Source: a virus
Lineage: Duplodnaviria; Caudoviricetes
Length of the DNA stretch: 64,000 bases
IMG/VR virus record: IMGVR_UViG_3300020477_000013
Coordinates: 64,001-128,000 of that record
Direction: 5' to 3' (one strand)
Shown: positions 1 to 9,574 of the stretch, piece by piece
Layout: each line of letters starts with the position of its first letter
How positions within the stretch are numbered: the first letter of the stretch is position 1
Program-made: the position numbers and the translations under genes
The notes under the pieces: model-generated
Database searches by the model: none
Told to the model about the DNA's origin: nothing
What the model saw: only the letters and a program-made list of their open reading frames with translations

Positions 1-2
1 TT

Positions 3-1643
3 CGCATCAAGATACTGGGCGGTGGTTCTGCTGCAAAAAGCTTGAATAGAAAAACATTCCTAAATTCAGTGAATACTACCTCAAGGGCTCTATCTATGGA
101 TGAGGAAACAAAGAAAGAGCTATCTGCTTTTTTAGGGACAAATACTAAAGATCCGGATATTTCGAAGTTAAAATCTATTTTAAGTACGCTGTATGGTAAG
201 AATGGTGATGGAGGAAAGGCTAATACGTATCAAGCAACTATCAATTCTGTGATATCACAGAAGCTAAAGGATATAACAACGAAACCTGATCCATTTCTTA
301 GGAGTATTCCTGATTCTCTAAGAGGTGGAGCTGCTACTGATTATATTACTCCTGCTGTCGATGCCAGTATAAAGAAAGCAAAGAAGAGATCATGGGTGTC
401 TTTGGGGAAAATTTTAACCTTATTTGTTGGCATACCGCTAGCAGCCTCAAACCGCTTTCACGAAATACAGATTATCACTTATTCATTCAATGCGAAGGCA
501 ACATTCGTGAGATCGTTTAATATAGCCCAGTTCCCTATTAACATAGAGGAGTTTGAGACGAAGATAGGGAAATTCACAAAGGCAGGTTTAGCAATGTCTG
601 TTTCATCATTTTTGGGATGGCTACGGCGTGAGTTTGTATCGACACCAATTGCAACGCCTTACGGTTTTAACCAGATGTATGATATCAAGGATGACGGCTA
701 CAGCTATAAAGATAAATTCAAGGATGCAACAATTCTTGCTAATGAGAGAAGGCAGAGGATGATGGTCGCGTACCACGGTTCCAAAGATTCATCAGCACCG
801 GAGGATTTAGAGTTCAAGCCACCTCGCCTAGACTTTAAGATAGAGGCCCTTCCTCTACAGAAGGATATTGCTGATTCGAAAAAGCAACCGTCAGAAGCGC
901 CTGAGACGCTTTTACGTATTCATATTTTTGATGCACAAAATATTGATAATGTTACTGAGTCGATGTTACTCACATCTGCATTTGAAGAAACAATAGGTTA
1001 TATAGGCAGGTCAGCTTCTGCCGTGAAAAATGCAGATCAGAAAAATGCTGGTCATATTGCTTCATTTGGCGAAGGATTGCGTCGTGCACTAAAGGCAGGA
1101 ATTATAGAGCCTGTGGGTACCACCGTTAAGACGAAGGAAGCAGGGACACAAGATTTGGTTAAGCTACGGTATAAGCTAAAGGGTAATTTCTCTTCTCTGA
1201 AGAGGTTCGTTTCATATAACATGCCTACAATTGATGTAGGGTCGAATTCATCTGCTGTGATTAATGCAAATCTGGAAACACAAAATAATCCCCTGCTAGC
1301 TACAATCAGTATGCAGCGCGCAAGAAGTAAGAGTTCATCTCAAGCGCCAGGTGTAAACCAAGGTGCGATGCCAATGCAGATAAACCCCACGACCGTCAGC
1401 CTTACGACATATGGAAACCCTCTCCTGTCCATGGGCCAGCAGTTTTTTATTGATTTTCATACAGGGACAAGCGCAGATAATGTCTATAGGGTTTCTCAAC
1501 TGACTCATAATATTACGCCTGGATCATTCGAGTCTGATATTGACTTAATTAACCTTGAGGCATATGGCGTGTTTAGGTCAACAACCCAGGTCATTGAAGA
1601 TGCACTCACTAGAATACAAGAGATAGAAACATCTAAATCGTAG
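3..1643 (+). CDS. Baseplate hub / tail late-control-D-like protein, 5'-truncated by the window edge
   Basis: The frame is open from base 3, upstream of the TTG at 42. The C-terminus VSLTTYGNPLLSMGQQFFIDF...YRVSQLTHNITPGSFESDIDL resembles the gp27/gpD hub terminal beta-barrel. Confidence 0.55.
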   Translation, partial: RIKILGGGSAAKSLNRKTFLNSVNTTSRALSMDEETKKELSAFLGTNTKDPDISKLKSILSTLYGKNGDGGKANTYQATINSVISQKLKDITTKPDPFLRSIPDSLRGGAATDYITPAVDASIKKAKKRSWVSLGKILTLFVGIPLAASNRFHEIQIITYSFNAKATFVRSFNIAQFPINIEEFETKIGKFTKAGLAMSVSSFLGWLRREFVSTPIATPYGFNQMYDIKDDGYSYKDKFKDATILANERRQRMMVAYHGSKDSSAPEDLEFKPPRLDFKIEALPLQKDIADSKKQPSEAPETLLRIHIFDAQNIDNVTESMLLTSAFEETIGYIGRSASAVKNADQKNAGHIASFGEGLRRALKAGIIEPVGTTVKTKEAGTQDLVKLRYKLKGNFSSLKRFVSYNMPTIDVGSNSSAVINANLETQNNPLLATISMQRARSKSSSQAPGVNQGAMPMQINPTTVSLTTYGNPLLSMGQQFFIDFHTGTSADNVYRVSQLTHNITPGSFESDIDLINLEAYGVFRSTTQVIEDALTRIQEIETSKS

Positions 1644-1662
1644 GTGTTAACGCAGAAATAAC

Positions 1663-1690
1663 TGAACACTCACATTGTAGGGTGTATTTT
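1663..1690 (+). promoter_or_regulatory. Putative early/middle promoter (class E)
   Basis: TGAACA-N16-TATTTT upstream of the polA-like gene. Confidence 0.55.
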
Positions 1691-2913
1691 TGTTCATGTT
1701 CTGTATTCACAAAGTAGCTATAGGCACAAACATGCATTTGGTTGTGCGTTCCGATGAATATTACTGGGTAAATAATGTTCCCCAGGATATGTGGACATAC
1801 GGTCATCCTGACAAATTTTCTAGGCTTAGATTAGAGAGTGTGTCTAAAATGTTTTCGTGTGATTTACCTGCATTTGTTCCGGAGCAATATAGGTGTAGCA
1901 TGAATGCTGTGCTTAGTGGATCTATTTCTTATCCATGGAGACATATATTGCCTAGGTCTCTCTACAAGCAGAACCTGGGAACTATAATAAATGCACTTAA
2001 GCAGCTGTATGATGCATTTTCTGATAGCGGCTATATGGAAACATGTTTTCGCACCGAGGCTTTCCTGGGCCTTTTAGAGAGGGTGCCTGTTAACAGTGAA
2101 AAGTTATCAATGCATCTTGAAAATGAAAATAGCCCGACGGTTAAGTCTACCCTTAGGTCATTTTCACCCTCGGCCGATGGGCTATGTAAGCCCGTCTCAT
2201 ACGATCACTATAGCACATCGACCGGCCGAATGACTGTGAAGTCAGGCCCTAGAATTCTTACATTACCAGCGCGGTGCAGGGATATTCTGGAGTCAAAAGA
2301 TCCAGAAAAAATATTAATACAGGTCGACTTTATTTCGCTAGAGCCCAGGGTCGCATTATGTGTGAGAGGCTTAGGGGATAATTCGGCTGACATATATGAT
2401 TTAATTTCTAAAAATTTGTTTTCGGGTAAGTTTACTCGTTCTCAAATGAAAATAGCTGTTCTTTGTGCATTGTACGGTGTGTCTGCTAAAAAATTATCTA
2501 AAATTATTCCCGGTAACGATTCACACACTGTGATAAGAGAGGTCAAGAAATATTTTGGGGTTTTCGAAAAGACTGCTACACTCAAGGCATTAATAGAAAA
2601 GAATGGATTTCTACAAAATGCATTTGGGCGACCATTGTTTTTTGATGATAATGATGACCATTTGTTATTTAGTCATTTTATTCAATCAACTGCAGCTAGT
2701 GCAGCAGTCCTGGGCTTTATAGGCTTAAACAGTGAAATGAGTAATGTGGATATCAATTTCAAGCAGTTCTTTGTTATTCATGATGCATGCATAGTCGAGA
2801 TTAAAAAAAGCGATATCGCACAGGTCGAAAAAATATGCAGTTCCGGTATCAAGATTGAGGGACTAGGTGTCTTTCCTCTCTCTGTTAAGGTGTTGGATGC
2901 GAATGGTATATAA
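1690..2913 (+). CDS. Minimal family A DNA polymerase (polymerase domain only); true start probably 1696 or 1732
   Basis: STGRM; motif A VDFISLEPRV; motif B RSQMKIAVLCALYG; motif C VIHDA. No recognisable exonuclease domains; only 407 aa. Confidence 0.8.
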   Translation: MFMFCIHKVAIGTNMHLVVRSDEYYWVNNVPQDMWTYGHPDKFSRLRLESVSKMFSCDLPAFVPEQYRCSMNAVLSGSISYPWRHILPRSLYKQNLGTIINALKQLYDAFSDSGYMETCFRTEAFLGLLERVPVNSEKLSMHLENENSPTVKSTLRSFSPSADGLCKPVSYDHYSTSTGRMTVKSGPRILTLPARCRDILESKDPEKILIQVDFISLEPRVALCVRGLGDNSADIYDLISKNLFSGKFTRSQMKIAVLCALYGVSAKKLSKIIPGNDSHTVIREVKKYFGVFEKTATLKALIEKNGFLQNAFGRPLFFDDNDDHLLFSHFIQSTAASAAVLGFIGLNSEMSNVDINFKQFFVIHDACIVEIKKSDIAQVEKICSSGIKIEGLGVFPLSVKVLDANGI

Positions 2914-2917
2914 TTAA
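2910..2917 (+). promoter_or_regulatory. Putative late promoter (class L)
   Basis: ATAATTAA 21 nt upstream of a leader-tagged gene. Confidence 0.5.
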
Positions 2918-2938
2918 TAGTATGAATGTGGAGAAATT

Positions 2939-3526
2939 ATGGTCATTGAGTCAGTAATTAGAAACTATGTCAGGGGGTTGCTTTTAGAGAAAGAAGAAGA
3001 AGAGCCACCTACCACAACGGGTCCAGGCCCAGGTCGGTTTAAAAAAGAGCTTAAAGACCTTAAGGCTTTAGCGGATGTTGATCCTGCGAAGCTTATGTCG
3101 AACCTTAATATCTCCGACCCTGGAGGTGATACGGAAGAAGCTTCACTAGAGTCGATACTCAAGAGTGCGGTAGGGGGAACATCAGAGATGAAGGCAGCAT
3201 ATGGATCTCCATCTAAAAAGTCTGACAGTGCCGACCGCATCGGGTATTCGATACCTGTAACAGGCGAAGGAATGTCACCACGTGATGGGCTAGTTTTCAT
3301 AAGGGAGGCATTTAAGGGAGCAAAATCTGTAGGTTATTGGACATGGGATAAAGATATACAGATTGAGCTATTAGGGGGAGATATCTTGGCATATGTTTCT
3401 GAGAGCCCCTTTACGTGGAATAAGGCAAAAAAGGCAAAAAAGGCAAAAAAGGATGATAAGCCTGGTGCTGAGAAAGATAACAAACCTGATGCTGAGAAAG
3501 ATAACAAGCCTGACGAACAAGCATGA
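2939..3526 (+). CDS. Leader-tagged hypothetical protein (putative virion/internal head protein)
   Basis: N-terminus ESVIRNYVRGLLLE; charged repetitive C-terminus. Confidence 0.75.
   Translation: MVIESVIRNYVRGLLLEKEEEEPPTTTGPGPGRFKKELKDLKALADVDPAKLMSNLNISDPGGDTEEASLESILKSAVGGTSEMKAAYGSPSKKSDSADRIGYSIPVTGEGMSPRDGLVFIREAFKGAKSVGYWTWDKDIQIELLGGDILAYVSESPFTWNKAKKAKKAKKDDKPGAEKDNKPDAEKDNKPDEQA
3422..3514 (+). repeat. Coding tandem repeats: 3x AAGGCAAAA, then about 2.6x of a 24-nt unit (DNKPDAEK)
   Basis: Read directly: 3422-3448 and 3452-3514. Confidence 0.9.
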
Positions 3527-3560
3527 TGAAACAAAAAAGAGAAAAAGAGGTACGCAGCTG

Positions 3561-3597
3561 ATAATTAATTGAACATATATTGACATGGGATTATTTT
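3561..3597 (+). promoter_or_regulatory. Adjacent class L (ATAATTAA 3561-3568) and class E (TGAACA-N16-TATTTT 3570-3597) motifs
   Basis: Both motifs lie in the intergenic gap before the lipoprotein gene. Confidence 0.5.
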
Positions 3598-3602
3598 TTC
3601 TT

Positions 3603-4031
3603 ATGAAGAAAAGTTTGATTTTATCATTTGTACTATTGTTTGTTGCTTGTGGGGTTCCTAGAAAAGTAGAGGAGCCTCCCATAGATCCATATCAACACTT
3701 AACCTCAACTTCAGTGCTAGAACACTGCGATCCTCCAACGGAGAATTATATGTTTCCTATATTTGGAGACATGTATTTTATAACGAGGCATAAAAACTGT
3801 GGTGGTGTTGATGATATGTTGATCACCCACTTTAGCCCAGAGATTTCAGATCTTCAGGAGACTGCTGTAAAGTTACTAGTTATATTGTATACTAGGCAAC
3901 CAGATGAAAATCTGGAATATGAGCATATCAAGACTTATGTTGGGACAGGTGCTGAGCCACACTCAATATTCTATAGGTTGATAAATAAAGACCCGGTTAC
4001 GAAAGAGGTACCACAAGATGTCATCCAATGA
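3603..4031 (+). CDS. Putative lipoprotein
   Basis: MKKSLILSFVLLFVAC: basic N-region, hydrophobic core, lipobox-like VAC. Confidence 0.65.
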   Translation: MKKSLILSFVLLFVACGVPRKVEEPPIDPYQHLTSTSVLEHCDPPTENYMFPIFGDMYFITRHKNCGGVDDMLITHFSPEISDLQETAVKLLVILYTRQPDENLEYEHIKTYVGTGAEPHSIFYRLINKDPVTKEVPQDVIQ

Positions 4032-4602
4032 TTTTGATACTGTTAAAAAGAACTGGGAAAAGTTTGAGAAATACTGCAAGAGATTAAGTGATCCCCATAT
4101 TGATGAATTGCTTGATACATTAGGGGAGAGGCTAGTGATGTGTCCTGCATCTCCTCGAAAAGATCAATATGGGTGTTACCCTGGGGGACTAGTTGAGCAT
4201 GCAATGGAGGTTACCTCATTAATGAGGTCTCTATGTGATGTATATGGCACCGATATTCAGCTAGCGTCAATTATTAAGGTCGGTTTGTTACATGAGATAG
4301 GAAAGGTTGGTGACTTAACGACGCCATATTTTGTAGACCAAGATTCAGATTGGCACAGGGAGAAGTTAGGGCAGTTATATAAATATAGCGATGATATAAA
4401 CAAAATGTCCGCCTCACACCGAACACTGTTCCTGTTGCAACATTTCGGGGTTATACTAACTCAAGATGAGTGGCTAGCTATCCAGCTAGCATCTGGTTCT
4501 CACTTTGAAGAGAATAGATTTTACGTGGGGCATGAGCCTTCTCTTGCTTTTATTCTACAACAATCTAAGCAGGCAGTTATTCATAAGGCTAATATGGCCT
4601 AG
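4018..4602 (+). CDS. HD-domain phosphohydrolase/nuclease (YhaM-like, HE variant)
   Basis: YPGGLVEHAMEV ... GLLHEIGK ... H(R) pattern. Confidence 0.75.
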   Translation: MSSNDFDTVKKNWEKFEKYCKRLSDPHIDELLDTLGERLVMCPASPRKDQYGCYPGGLVEHAMEVTSLMRSLCDVYGTDIQLASIIKVGLLHEIGKVGDLTTPYFVDQDSDWHREKLGQLYKYSDDINKMSASHRTLFLLQHFGVILTQDEWLAIQLASGSHFEENRFYVGHEPSLAFILQQSKQAVIHKANMA

Positions 4603-4607
4603 GCTGC

Positions 4608-4615
4608 ATACTTAT
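4608..4615 (+). promoter_or_regulatory. Putative late promoter (class L)
   Basis: ATACTTAT 5 nt upstream of the tagged gene at 4621. Confidence 0.45.
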
Positions 4616-4620
4616 AGAAT

Positions 4621-5025
4621 ATGAATATTTTACGAAGATATATTCGTCAAATTCTGCTAGAGGGCTTAGGGACCGTCAACGTTCCAGACGTGGGTAAAAC
4701 GTCTGTGAAAGATTATAAGTCTTCGATGGATTCATCACTAGCAGCAGGAAAACCAGGTATCAAGCAGGTTACATCGCCAGCCGTCGAAGATAACGGCGAT
4801 AAAGAAAATTTGCTAACCGAGCCAGATGAAATAGAGGATGGTGATAGCCAAGAAGAGGTTAACGCTATTTCTACGGGTGGCGCAGCCATGGCATCTTCCG
4901 GTGCAATTCGAGGTGTTACTACACCCCTAGGGACGGATTCAACTTATCCTTCAAAGAAGAAGAAGAAGAAAAAGAAAGCCTCGAAGAAAGGCGATTCGAA
5001 TTGGTACAAGGCTACCACAAATTAA
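4621..5025 (+). CDS. Leader-tagged hypothetical protein with poly-Lys C-terminus
   Basis: MNILRRYIRQILLEG; KKKKKKKKASKK. Confidence 0.75.
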   Translation: MNILRRYIRQILLEGLGTVNVPDVGKTSVKDYKSSMDSSLAAGKPGIKQVTSPAVEDNGDKENLLTEPDEIEDGDSQEEVNAISTGGAAMASSGAIRGVTTPLGTDSTYPSKKKKKKKKASKKGDSNWYKATTN

Positions 5026-5027
5026 CT

Positions 5028-5055
5028 TGAACATTAATTATTGAAATTTTACATT
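5028..5055 (+). promoter_or_regulatory. Putative early/middle promoter (class E)
   Basis: TGAACA-N16-TACATT upstream of SSB; strong RBS AAGGAG before 5113. Confidence 0.55.
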
Positions 5056-5112
5056 TATGTATGTTGAGTGTGTTTGCTAATTTGCATTTTACTATTATAA
5101 GGAGTTTAGAAA

Positions 5113-5901
5113 ATGGCAATTGATTTTGATGCGATCCGTAATAAGCTGTCACAGCTGTCTGGCCAGAATAGCCGTCGTAATGTTATGTGGCGTCCCCAAG
5201 AGGGAGAAGAGCATGTTGTTAGGCTGATGTCTTTTCCCAATAACGACGGCCAGCCCTTTAAGGAGCGCTGGTTCTATTATAATATTGGGAACAACCCTGG
5301 CCTTCTGGCACCATATCAGTTTGGAAAGCCGGATCCAATCCAGGAGTTGATCCAAAAGCTTCGTGACGATGGAAGCAAGGAATCTTATGAGCTAGCGAAG
5401 AAGCTATACCCTAAGATGCGAAGCTATGCTCCAGTTGTAGTTCGGGGTGAAGAAGATAAGGGGGTGAGGTTGTGGTCATTTGGAAAGACCGTTTACCAGT
5501 CTCTCCTTAATATTATGCTTGACGAAGACTACGGCGATATCACAGATCCTTCTGACGGCCGAGATGTTAAGGTCGTTTGCACAAAGGCACCGGGTAGAAT
5601 GTGGGCCACTACGGAGGTTCGCCCTCGGGGAAAGCAGACTGTCCTAGAGTCAAATAAGAAGAAGGCAAAAGAGTGGATGGATTCGATTCCTGATTTGGAT
5701 GAGATGTACTCCCTTAAGACTTATGAAGAGCTTGAAAAGATTGTCAATGACTGGCTAAATGGCGATGATGATGATTCTATGGGAACCGTCCACCAGAGTT
5801 CTTCATCTCCCTCGCCTTCACCCGCGGCTGCGGCCTCTGATGCGTCTACATCGAAGTATAAGAGTTTAGACGAGGCATTTGCTGACCTAGAAGACCTCTA
5901 G
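5113..5901 (+). CDS. Single-stranded DNA-binding protein, T4 gp32-like
   Basis: Aromatic-rich OB core (PFKERWFYY, VRLWSFGKTVY, DITDPSDGRD) and acidic tail DEAFADLEDL. Confidence 0.85.
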   Translation: MAIDFDAIRNKLSQLSGQNSRRNVMWRPQEGEEHVVRLMSFPNNDGQPFKERWFYYNIGNNPGLLAPYQFGKPDPIQELIQKLRDDGSKESYELAKKLYPKMRSYAPVVVRGEEDKGVRLWSFGKTVYQSLLNIMLDEDYGDITDPSDGRDVKVVCTKAPGRMWATTEVRPRGKQTVLESNKKKAKEWMDSIPDLDEMYSLKTYEELEKIVNDWLNGDDDDSMGTVHQSSSSPSPSPAAAASDASTSKYKSLDEAFADLEDL

Positions 5902-5924
5902 GCAAAATACATACCTCAATCTAT

Positions 5925-5956
5925 AAAAGGGGGAAGCATTGCTTCCCCCTTTTTTT
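5925..5956 (+). terminator. Rho-independent terminator
   Basis: AAAAGGGGGAAGC-ATT-GCTTCCCCCTTTT followed by a T run. Confidence 0.85.
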
Positions 5957-5984
5957 GAACACTTCATGATTTTACTGTTATGAT
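5956..5984 (+). promoter_or_regulatory. Putative early/middle promoter (class E)
   Basis: TGAACA-N17-TATGAT directly after the terminator, upstream of recA. Confidence 0.55.
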
Positions 5985-6005
5985 TACATGTAAAGAGGAT
6001 TTTTA

Positions 6006-7202
6006 ATGGCTAGAACTAAGAAAAACCAAAAAGGGATGGACGATTTTACCTCTGACCTGATAAGCTCTCTAAATAAAGAACATGGTGCAAAAATTGCATA
6101 TAATCTTGCTTATGATGTTTCTCCTACACATGTGAAGAGATGGATAAGCACAGGCTCACGTCAGCTTGATTACATCGTGTCAAATAGAGAAAACGGCGGC
6201 CTTCCAGAGGGTAGAATTGTTGAAATATTTGGCCCCCCGTCAATCGGCAAGTCACATCTTGCAATACAGGTGGCTCGATCGACACAACAGTTGGGGGGTA
6301 TTGTTGTATATATTGATACAGAGAACGCGACAAGCGTAGAAAATCTTTCTTTGTTAGGCGTCGATATTAGTAAAAGGTTTGTTTATGTCGACACCCACTG
6401 TACGGAGGAGGTTTTGTCTATTGCTGAGGCAACCATAATGAAAGCCAAAGCCATGGACAAAGATGTTCCTATTACAATTATTTGGGACTCTGTTGCTGCA
6501 TCCTCACCCAAGGCAGAACTAGTTGGTGATTATGATAAAGACTCCATAGGACTACAGGCCCGCGCTATATCAAAGGGTATGCGAAAGATTACGGGTGTGA
6601 TTGCAAACCAGAATGTTTTGTTTGTGATTTTGAATCAGATACGAACAAAGATTGGCGTTATGTTCGGAGACCCGACGACGACGCCAGGAGGAAAGGCAAT
6701 TCCTTTTCATTCTTCTGTGAGAATTAAGCTGGGTGCAGGGCAGAAGATAGAAAATAAAGAAAAAGAGGTTGTTGGAATTCACGTTTCAGCAAAGACAATA
6801 AAAAACAAGGTATCACCACCCTTTAGGTCCGTGGCTTTTGAAATTCACTTTGGTAAAGGGATCAAGGAGCATGAGCAGATATTTGATCTTCTGAGAAAGA
6901 ATGGTCCTGAGATTATTGGGGGAGAAGAAATTTCCATCTCAGGCGCTAGCGCATGGAAGTGTATTACCGTGTCAAATGCTGAGACCGGTGAGGTAAAACT
7001 AGAGAAGAAATTTCACAAAGCAGACTTCCAAGAGATTATAGACGATAATGTCTTTGGTCCGTATGTCGATGCTATGTTAGGGAAAGTGTTTATAAGATCT
7101 AGCGAGTCACCAGCAGATGTGGAGCTTGACGTCAACTCTTATGAAGAGGTAAGGTCTATATCTATTGATATGAAAGATGAGCTAATTGATCCGGAGGGAT
7201 GA
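6006..7202 (+). CDS. recA: RecA/UvsX recombinase
   Basis: Walker A GPPSIGKS; YIDTEN; IIWDSVAA; LNQIR; TTPGGKAIPFHSSVRI. Confidence 0.95.
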   Translation: MARTKKNQKGMDDFTSDLISSLNKEHGAKIAYNLAYDVSPTHVKRWISTGSRQLDYIVSNRENGGLPEGRIVEIFGPPSIGKSHLAIQVARSTQQLGGIVVYIDTENATSVENLSLLGVDISKRFVYVDTHCTEEVLSIAEATIMKAKAMDKDVPITIIWDSVAASSPKAELVGDYDKDSIGLQARAISKGMRKITGVIANQNVLFVILNQIRTKIGVMFGDPTTTPGGKAIPFHSSVRIKLGAGQKIENKEKEVVGIHVSAKTIKNKVSPPFRSVAFEIHFGKGIKEHEQIFDLLRKNGPEIIGGEEISISGASAWKCITVSNAETGEVKLEKKFHKADFQEIIDDNVFGPYVDAMLGKVFIRSSESPADVELDVNSYEEVRSISIDMKDELIDPEG

Positions 7203-8160
7203 CATGTCTGGCATGCGGCCTGTGATGTTGATAGATGGGCTAAATGTCTACACTAGACACTTTATAGCTAATCCTTCCATGAGTGATTTGGGTCATCATG
7301 TGGGAGGTGTTGTCGGGTTTATGAAGGGGCTACAATTGCTGGCTGACCGGATTAAGCCCCAGGCCATATATGTAGTGTGGGAGGGTGGCGGTTCTCCCCG
7401 CCGCCGGGCAATATATTCAGGTTACAAACAAGGTAGAAAACCCCAGAAGTTGAATCGCTTTTATGGGTCCGATATTCCTGACACGATAGAGAACAGGAAC
7501 TACCAGCTTGTTCTAACAATAGAGCTGTTAAAAAATACTCCCATAAACCAAATATATGTGGGAGATTGTGAAGCAGATGATATCATAGGGTTTCTGGTTA
7601 AAAATCGATTTAAAGACAAAGATATTGTAATAGTGTCATCTGACAAAGATTACTACCAGCTCCTGACAGATAAAGTTACACAGTGGTCACCTGGCCAGAA
7701 AAAATTTATTATGCAAAACGATGTACATAAGAAGTTTCATATACCGGTACATAATTTTTGTACTGTGAGGTGCTTCGTGGGAGATGCATCAGACGGCCTA
7801 GGAGGAATAAAAGGTGCAGGATTTAAGACAATGGCATCAAGGTTTCCTGAGCTAGTATCGGATAAGCATATCTCAGTTAATGACATTATAGAATCCAGCA
7901 TAGAAAAATCAAGTAGTAGTAAACTCAAGCTATATTCTAGAATAACTCAAGATCCTGAAGTTCCATTAAGGAATTGGAAATTGATGTACTTGGACACCAA
8001 GAACTTATCTGCAACTCACATTCAAAAAATTAATGGTGAGATTGATACTTTTGAACCAAGTAGAAATAAGATCAATTTAATGAAAATATTAATGAGAGAA
8101 GGAATACGCACATTTGATGCCGACTCTTTTTTTCTCGCAATTAACTCAGCCATCCAATAG
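7186..8160 (+). CDS. 5'-3' exonuclease / flap endonuclease (T4 RNase H-like)
   Basis: LIDGLN; EADDII; SSDKDYYQL; GDASDGLGGIKGAG (H3TH). Confidence 0.9.
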   Translation: MIRRDDMSGMRPVMLIDGLNVYTRHFIANPSMSDLGHHVGGVVGFMKGLQLLADRIKPQAIYVVWEGGGSPRRRAIYSGYKQGRKPQKLNRFYGSDIPDTIENRNYQLVLTIELLKNTPINQIYVGDCEADDIIGFLVKNRFKDKDIVIVSSDKDYYQLLTDKVTQWSPGQKKFIMQNDVHKKFHIPVHNFCTVRCFVGDASDGLGGIKGAGFKTMASRFPELVSDKHISVNDIIESSIEKSSSSKLKLYSRITQDPEVPLRNWKLMYLDTKNLSATHIQKINGEIDTFEPSRNKINLMKILMREGIRTFDADSFFLAINSAIQ

Positions 8161-8166
8161 GGCGAA

Positions 8167-9555
8167 ATGAAATCAGAAATTATTAATTCATCGACAGCGA
8201 ATTTCAGTCAATATGGTAAGGTGTTTCAAGAGAAAATTTTCCAAGGCTTATTAACCGACCATCGGTGGTCAGCCCAGATGTTCGAGGTGATGAAGCCTGA
8301 TTTTTTTGATGTAAAATCGTTAGCATATCTCACAATGAGATATTTCTCATATTACGAGAAATATAAGTGTTTTCCCACAATGCCTTTGCTTATAACGATT
8401 ATCAAGGAGGACTTGGGAAACAGCGATGACGCTATCTTAAAAGATCAAATAGTCGAATTCCTGTATCGGATTAAAATGAATCCTGATATGGGTGATATAG
8501 AGTATGTTAAAGATAAGTCGCTCGATTTTTGTAAGAGGCAGGCTTTTAGAGATGCTCTAGAGCAAGCTGTAGAGTTAATCCAGACAGATAAATTTGAAAG
8601 TGTTGTAGGGTTAATGAAAGAAGCAGTCTCTATTGGCCTTCCCCATAACACAGGCCATGATTTCTTTGAAGATGCTGATGCTAGGTTTATAAAGATTAAC
8701 AGGCAGGTTTGCCCTACAGGAATAAATCGCCTAGATGCAAAAGATATTTTGAACGGCGGCCTAGGTAGGGGAGAAATAGGCGTTGTCACCGCAAATACCG
8801 GTGTAGGAAAATCTCATTGGCTAGTTGCCATGGGTGCAAATGCAATGAGGGTTGGGAAAAACGTACTACATTATACCTTTGAACTATCAGAGCATGCAGT
8901 CGCGTTAAGGTATGATTCTAACTTGTGCGGAATTCCTAGCAACGAAGTTCAAGATCATAAAGAAGAAGTTTTAAAAAGATATGAGGGATTGGAGCTTGGC
9001 AGGCTTATAATTAAAGAATACCCTACTGGGTCGGCATCTTCTGTTACGATAAGGAATCATATCGAGAAATTAATGCTGCGTGGATTTATGCCTAGCTTAA
9101 TTGTTATTGATTATGCCGATATTATGAGATCTACCAAGAGCTATGATTCTTTGAGACATGAGTTGAAATTAATTTACGAAGAGCTTAGAAATTTATCCAT
9201 GGATTTAAATGTGCCGATTTGGACGGCTTCACAAGCCAACAGGGACTCAGCGAATTCAGAGATAGTTGGGCTTGAGAACATGTCTGAGGCATATGGAAAG
9301 GCGATGGTCGCAGATGTTGTTGTGTCTTTGTCTCGTAGGGCGATGGAGAAATCGACGGGGGCAGGAAGATTATTTGTCGCGAAAAATCGGGCTGGAAAAG
9401 ATGGCCTCGTTTTTCCTGTTCACATTGACACATCACGATCTATAATCAAGATAGTTGACGAGTCAGAATTGACGCTGCGGGAGGCAACACAAAATGATGA
9501 AAGCGAATTGAAGGCTATGCTTAAGAAGAAGTGGAAGGAAGTAAGCAAGATATAA
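8167..9555 (+). CDS. Replicative DnaB-family helicase (T4 gp41-like)
   Basis: Walker A ANTGVGKS; HYTFE; VIDYADIM; WTASQANR; KNRAG. Confidence 0.93.
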   Translation: MKSEIINSSTANFSQYGKVFQEKIFQGLLTDHRWSAQMFEVMKPDFFDVKSLAYLTMRYFSYYEKYKCFPTMPLLITIIKEDLGNSDDAILKDQIVEFLYRIKMNPDMGDIEYVKDKSLDFCKRQAFRDALEQAVELIQTDKFESVVGLMKEAVSIGLPHNTGHDFFEDADARFIKINRQVCPTGINRLDAKDILNGGLGRGEIGVVTANTGVGKSHWLVAMGANAMRVGKNVLHYTFELSEHAVALRYDSNLCGIPSNEVQDHKEEVLKRYEGLELGRLIIKEYPTGSASSVTIRNHIEKLMLRGFMPSLIVIDYADIMRSTKSYDSLRHELKLIYEELRNLSMDLNVPIWTASQANRDSANSEIVGLENMSEAYGKAMVADVVVSLSRRAMEKSTGAGRLFVAKNRAGKDGLVFPVHIDTSRSIIKIVDESELTLREATQNDESELKAMLKKKWKEVSKI

Positions 9556-9574
9556 TTTTTTTAAGGGGAGAGTA

